A stretch of 64,000 nt of DNA from the human T2T-CHM13v2.0 reference genome, Homo sapiens, in NCBI RefSeq assembly GCF_009914755.1, contig NC_060931.1, one strand, 5' to 3'. Made by a program: the position numbers and the translations under genes. Below the pieces are notes generated by a model. The model worked only from the letters and a program-made list of their open reading frames with translations. It searched no databases and had not been told where the DNA came from. Positions within the stretch are counted from its first letter, which is position 1. Each line of letters begins with the position of its first letter. This document shows, in pieces, positions 58,899 through 64,000 of the stretch.

Positions 58899-59664
58899 TG
58901 TTAAAAGAAAAACTTTTGACAAGTTAAATTTAACATAAATTATTTGAGCAAAGAGTATGATATGGTTAGGCTTTGTGTGCCCAGCCGAATCTCATCTTGA
59001 ATTGTAATCCCCAGGTGTTTAGGGAGAGACCTGGTGGGAAGTAATTAGATTATGGGGGAGGTTTCCCCATGCTGTTCTCATGATAGTGGGTGAGTTCTTA
59101 CAAGATCTAATGGTTTTATAAGGCAGTTTTCCCTGCTCTTACACTCTCTCTCACCTGCTGCCATGTAAGATGGGCCTGCTCCCCCTTCTGTCATGATTAC
59201 AAGTTTCCTGCGGTATCCCCAGACATGCGGAACAATGAGTCAATTAAATCTCTTTCCTTTATAAATTACCCAGTCTCAGGTATTTTTTTTATAGCAGTAT
59301 GAGAACAGAATAATACAGACTTGTGAATTAGGCAGCTCTTAGAACCAGAAACAGAAGAGGTTCAGAGATCTCCACTCAGCAACATGGGCAGACAGTATTT
59401 ATAGACAGAAAATTGAAGTGAGGTATAGAAATAGCTTGATTGATGACAGCTCTACGTTTACCTTGTTTGAACATGGTCTGACTAGTTGGCAGCATGTGAT
59501 TGGCAGAATGTTAGCTGCTGTGATGGACTGACACCTAGCTGTTTGTTATAAAATATTCTTTAAGTTACGCTCAGTTTGTTTACATTCTAAGCTAGGTTGC
59601 AATTTGTTACCTAGGGACTCAAGGTACAGAGGCAGCCTGAGCCCAAATTTAGTTTAATTTAACA
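58899..59664 (-). mobile_element. MER57-family ERV1 solo LTR, split by a MaLR LTR
   Basis: TGTTAA...TTAACA termini; reverse complement starts tgttaaattaaactaaatttggg; 4-bp flanks taca/tatg. Confidence 0.7.
58958..59317 (+). mobile_element. THE1D/MSTA-type MaLR solo LTR
   Basis: tgatatggttaggctttgtgt..aatctcatcttgaattgtaatcccc..ataaattacccagtctcagg..taataca. Confidence 0.85.
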
Positions 59665-59873
59665 TATGGTACCCTTTATGTTAGAAATAAGGAGAAATGA
59701 GAAAACATACATATATCTTCCCATTTTTGCAAAAGCAAAAAACATAGGTAGGGCAAACCAGAAATTGAGATTTGTTACCTATGGTGGGAGTGAATATGGG
59801 TGGAAAGAATGGACAGTAGGGATGGACGGAAGTGATATTTCTCTGAATATACATTTCTGTATATTTATACATA

Positions 59874-60205
59874 CAGTAGTCCTTTGGTAACCATTGAGGA
59901 TTAGTTCAAGGATTCACCCTCAGATACCAAAATCTGAGGCTGCTCAAGTCCCTTATATAAAATTACATAGCATTTGCTTGTACACACATCCTCCTGTATA
60001 CTTTAAATGATCTCAACATTACTTATAATATCTTATGCAATGTAAACACTGTGTAAATAGTTGTTACACTGTTTAGGAAATAAAACAAGAAAAAAATTCT
60101 GTATATATTCAGTGCAGACACACCATCCTTTTTTTTTCTCTAATATTTTCTATCCTTGGTTGGTTGAATCATCCAATGTGGACTCCATGGATACCAGGCT
60201 GACTA
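59874..60205 (+). mobile_element. MER2 (Tigger-family MITE)
   Basis: ta|cagtagtcctttggta..gataccaaaatc..gctcaagtcccttatataaaat..ggataccaggctgacta|ta. Confidence 0.85.
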
Positions 60206-60623
60206 TATTTTTATTTAACCATGTTTACATATGCTTCTTCATATTTTTACACATGCTTACATACATTTTCATATGTAAACTGACTTTTAGAATCCTGTTC
60301 ATGTTTCACAGACTCAAGAAAAAATTAAAATTAACAGATATCGGGGTGGGGGGCAAAAGGAAATACAAACAGAAACAAATGAACCTGCCTTACAAATGAA
60401 TGAGAACAATGAAGGAATAAAAAGAAAATGACTAATTTAAGTAACTTGGAAAATAGTTTTCCAAAGATATACTCTAAGCCTAAAGACAAAAAGAATTATA
60501 GATATCATACCTTATTTATAGTGTTTGTTTTTCACTATAAATTTTTTACCATCGAATAAATAAATGTATTGTGGATAATGAGAGCCAGGTATCTCACTGT
60601 TAAAGGAAGGAGTTCTAAATGAG

Positions 60624-61115
60624 CATGATAGTTAATTTTAGGTGTCTACTTGAATGGATTAAGGGATACCTAAATAGCTGGTAAAGCATTATTTCTGGGT
60701 GTTTCTGTGGGAGTATTTCTGTAGGAGGTTGGCCTGTGAGTGGGTGAACTGAGTGGGGAAAATCCACCCTCGGTGTGGGCAAGCACCATCCAATTGATTG
60801 GGGAGGTGGAGGAAAGGTGAATTTGCTTCTTCTCTTTTGCAGCTGGGACACTCTTCTTCTGTTTTTAGATATCAGACTTCAGGTTCTCTGGCCTTTGGGC
60901 TCGAGGACTTGAAACAGCAGGTTCTCCAGGTTCTAAAACCTGCAGCATAGAAATGGGAGTTATGCCATTGACTTCCCTGGTTCTGAGGCTTCTGGACTTG
61001 AACTGACCCAAGCTGCCATTTTCCCTGGGTCTCCAGCTTGCAGAGAGCCTACTGTAGGACTTCTCAGCCTCCGTAATCATGTGAGCTGATTCCCTTAATA
61101 AGTCCCCTCTCACTT

Positions 61116-61189
<74 letters not shown>

Positions 61190-61257
61190 ATCATCTATCA
61201 TCATCTATCTATCATCTATCTCTTATTGGTTCTTTCTCTCTGGAGAACTCTAATACA
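60624..61257 (+). mobile_element. MLT2B (ERVL) solo LTR
   Basis: tgatagttaattttaggtgtctacttgaatggattaagggatac..ctggtaaagcattatttctggg..ctctggagaactctaataca. Confidence 0.85.
61116..61221. repeat. (TATC)n / GATA tetranucleotide STR
   Basis: Interrupted tatctatctatc array inside the MLT2B 3' end. Confidence 0.95.
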
Positions 61258-61496
61258 ATACGTAAAGTGTTTAGGGCAGAATAAACTTTGTGGTGTTGGA
61301 TTGGAATTGGAGGTATCAGTATGAAATCAAGGCTATATCTTTATTTCCCAGCTTTGTCCCTGAGAGATCCCTGAAGCAATGACACCTCAGTACTAGTGAG
61401 CATACTTAGTGCCCAGGTATTGGTTTTGGAATACCATTTTCCAATGAAAGTAACCAGGGCTCTTTGGAAAAGTAGTTGATTCTGGGCATGGGGCAT

Positions 61497-62039
61497 TGTG
61501 CCTGGGGTCTCAAGGTCACCCCCAGCTTTGGTGATTTGCTTGAAGGCCCACAGAATCAGCATATAGTCACACTCACGTTATTGCAGCCAAAATATACAGA
61601 ACAAAATCAGCAAAGGGAAAAGGACATGGGGTGAAGTTCAGAGGAACAAGTGTGCAAATTTCCAAGAGTTTTCCCAGTATAATCACTCAGGATGAGTTTA
61701 CTTTCTTCAGCACCAAATTGTGATAGCACATGGGAAACATTGTCTACCAAGGAAGCTCATTAGAGAGTCGGTGCCCTGGCTTGTTTTGAGGTTTGGTCAT
61801 GTTGGACTCCTATGCATCTATTGTAGCAAAGTTCCAGGCACTAGAAGGAAAGCAAGTGCTTGACATAAAATACATATTTTTGCACAAAAAATTTAGGTTC
61901 AGTGATCCCTTTTTATCAGGAAATACTGAGAATGCTCCAGAAATCCGAGTTTCCAGATGCTAGACAAGGTCCAACCATGTAAATAGGACTTCTTGTAGAT
62001 AGCAGCCTCTGGTCTGCCATATTAACTCTATTTTGCTCA
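61497..62039 (-). mobile_element. MER21-family LTR
   Basis: ggggtctcaaggtcacccccag..atatagtcacactca..caaaatcagcaaagggaaaaggacatggggtgaagttcagagg. Confidence 0.75.
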
Positions 62040-62191
62040 AAAAAGTAAGGTGCTCAAAAATAACAGAAACTCATTGATACACCAGATGGCTAAATCTGGT
62101 ACAATTTGAGCTACAGAAATTATTATAGTAATGGATTATAATTCACTGAATAATAAAATTGCATGAGTGCCTGCCAACATAAATACATAAG

Positions 62192-62986
62192 TATAGTGAA
62201 TTCTTTTAATTTTGTGTTGCCTTGGCATCCATTTTGAATATAGTTTAACTCTCTCATAACTGAAGCAGAGCTCAGTTGCTCTTGCCATGGTTTCCAATTT
62301 TACACCACATCCAAATGGCTCAAACTGGTGGTTAGAGATAAGAACTTAGTGGCATTTCTCCTGCCTAGCAGACCGGGCTCCTGCATTCCCACTGCTTCTT
62401 TAAACAGACTCTTCAGGCATTTACCCACAAACCTAAAGCGACCTACAGATTATTCATTTCTATATACTGCTAGTTGCTATGCCCTCTTCTCTCTCCTCCT
62501 GGCTCTTCATGCCTGCCTCGTGTGACCTGGGGATGGAAAAGTGCCCACCCAACTCACTGTACCCTCCTTGCTCAGAATCTGTAAGTAAAAATCTTTGAAC
62601 TTATTTTCTATTGTGATAGTGTATTGAATTTGTGCCTTTTATCTCAAGAATCAGGAGCTACTGCAGGCTGGGTTTTCTACAGAAGATGGAAAAACACAAA
62701 ATCAGGTTCCCAGTGCCAGAGTGATGACTGGGAGACATAAACTGAACACTGGTCAGAAAAGAGCCACAGAGCATCTGCCAGTATAAATAAGTTTCCCATA
62801 TGAGGGACCCCCTGGTTGTGGGTCAGACAAGTAGGTGTTAGGCCATTCGCCAGGTAAAAGAAGTAAGTGTCTGGTGAAAGGCACGCAGTAAACACTCACA
62901 TCCCGTTTCCTTTCATTTCCTTTTGGGGAAAAGTTGCTGGCCAAGCTGGTACTGGAACCTCAGTTTAGCTGGGGGCTCTCAAAACA
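62192..62986 (+). mobile_element. Solo LTR, probably ERVL class (LTR47-like; uncertain)
   Basis: tatagtgaattc...ggggctctcaaaaca, tatata near 62461, agtaaa near 62584, 5-bp TSD ataag/gtaag. Confidence 0.6.
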
Positions 62987-63356
62987 GTAAGGAAGACAGA
63001 AAACTGTATCTTATGGTAAACTCCCAACTAATAAATATAATGAAAATGGAAAAATTACTATTAGTAACACCACAGTAATAATTGATCCAAACAAGAAGCA
63101 TAAATGGAAGTCAAAATTAGCAGGCAAAGGCATGTGAGAAACAGGATATTTATATGGTTTAATGGTCCACAATAGACTTCTCAATTAGAAGAAACCTAGC
63201 AGACACCATTTTAACCAAGTAATCAGTTATCGTCATTAGCAATGGGAGAAGCCAACACCATGTACCTTTTAAGTGATGCACTGAGAAGGAAGCATCACTT
63301 TTGGGATATTCCTGCCAAAAACGTATAACCCAAATTCATTACTCAGAAAACATCAG

Positions 63357-63520
63357 GGGCTGGGTATGGTGGTGTGTGCTGTGGTTCCAGCTATTATGGA
63401 GGCTGAGGAGGGAGGATCTCTTGAGCCCAGGAGTTCGGGATTACAGTGAGTTACAATTGCACTACTGCACTCCAGCCGGAGAGTGAGACCCTGTCTCCAA
63501 AAAAAGCAAAGCAAATCAAA
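63357..63520 (+). mobile_element. Free Alu monomer (FRAM/FAM-like)
   Basis: Single diverged monomer with A-tail; TSD agaaaacatcag on both sides. Confidence 0.85.
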
Positions 63521-64000
63521 GAAAACATCAGAAAAATTCAAATTGAGTGACATTAAAAACAAAATGAGATCAGTACTTTTCAAAAGTTTCAAGATCATGA
63601 AAGAGCAAGACTAAGGAACCAACTTGCTCTAGTTAAAGGAAGCTAAAAACACATGACTTCAAAATGCATCATGCTTTACAGTAGAAAATCAGGAAAATTT
63701 AAATGACTTCTACATGAAGAAAATTTAAATAATGTCTGTAGATTGTATAATAGTATTATATTTATCATAGTTTCTTGATTTTGATAACTGTATGATGTTA
63801 CATAAGATGCTAACACCTGGGAAACTGGGCAAAGTGAGTATATAATATGTTGTATTTTTACAACATAGTTGTAAATATAAAATTATTAAAAATTGAAAAG
63901 TGAGAAGATAAAAATAATTAATATAACATCAATTAAAGGTATCTGTATGACATTAAGAAATCTTTAATATTAAATATATTGATTTTTGAAATTATTACAT

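Overview
Primate (probably human or great-ape) genomic DNA: AT-rich, CpG-poor and dominated by transposable elements. I can support no host protein-coding gene, RNA gene or CRISPR array. Main element: a full-length, 6.14-kb minus-strand L1 (L1PA3/PA4 type, 46786-52927, perfect 18-bp TSD) with an open but internally deleted ORF1, a four-times broken ORF2 and an open antisense ORF0. It sits inside a degenerate, pol-deleted class I ERV (gag-pro-env remnants ~43.6-46.8 kb, 3' LTR 52957-53536). Also present: solo LTRs (MER50-like, LTR12, MER11, THE1A, MST, MLT1, MLT2, MER21, MER57-like), about 15 Alus, DNA transposon fossils (Tigger3, MER1B, MER2, MER20, MER5), old L1M/L2/MIR debris and several simple repeats. 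I found no convincing new biological system. The best oddities are mechanistic: a MER11 LTR flanked by a 98-bp direct duplication with one truncated end, a ~135-bp twin-primed L1, a possible self-contained L1 antisense promoter/ORF0/LTR poly(A) unit, a 36-nt in-frame ORF1 coiled-coil deletion, and G-to-A hypermutation marks in the ERV. Family names come from recalled consensus sequences, not a RepeatMasker run, and boundaries of old elements are approximate.
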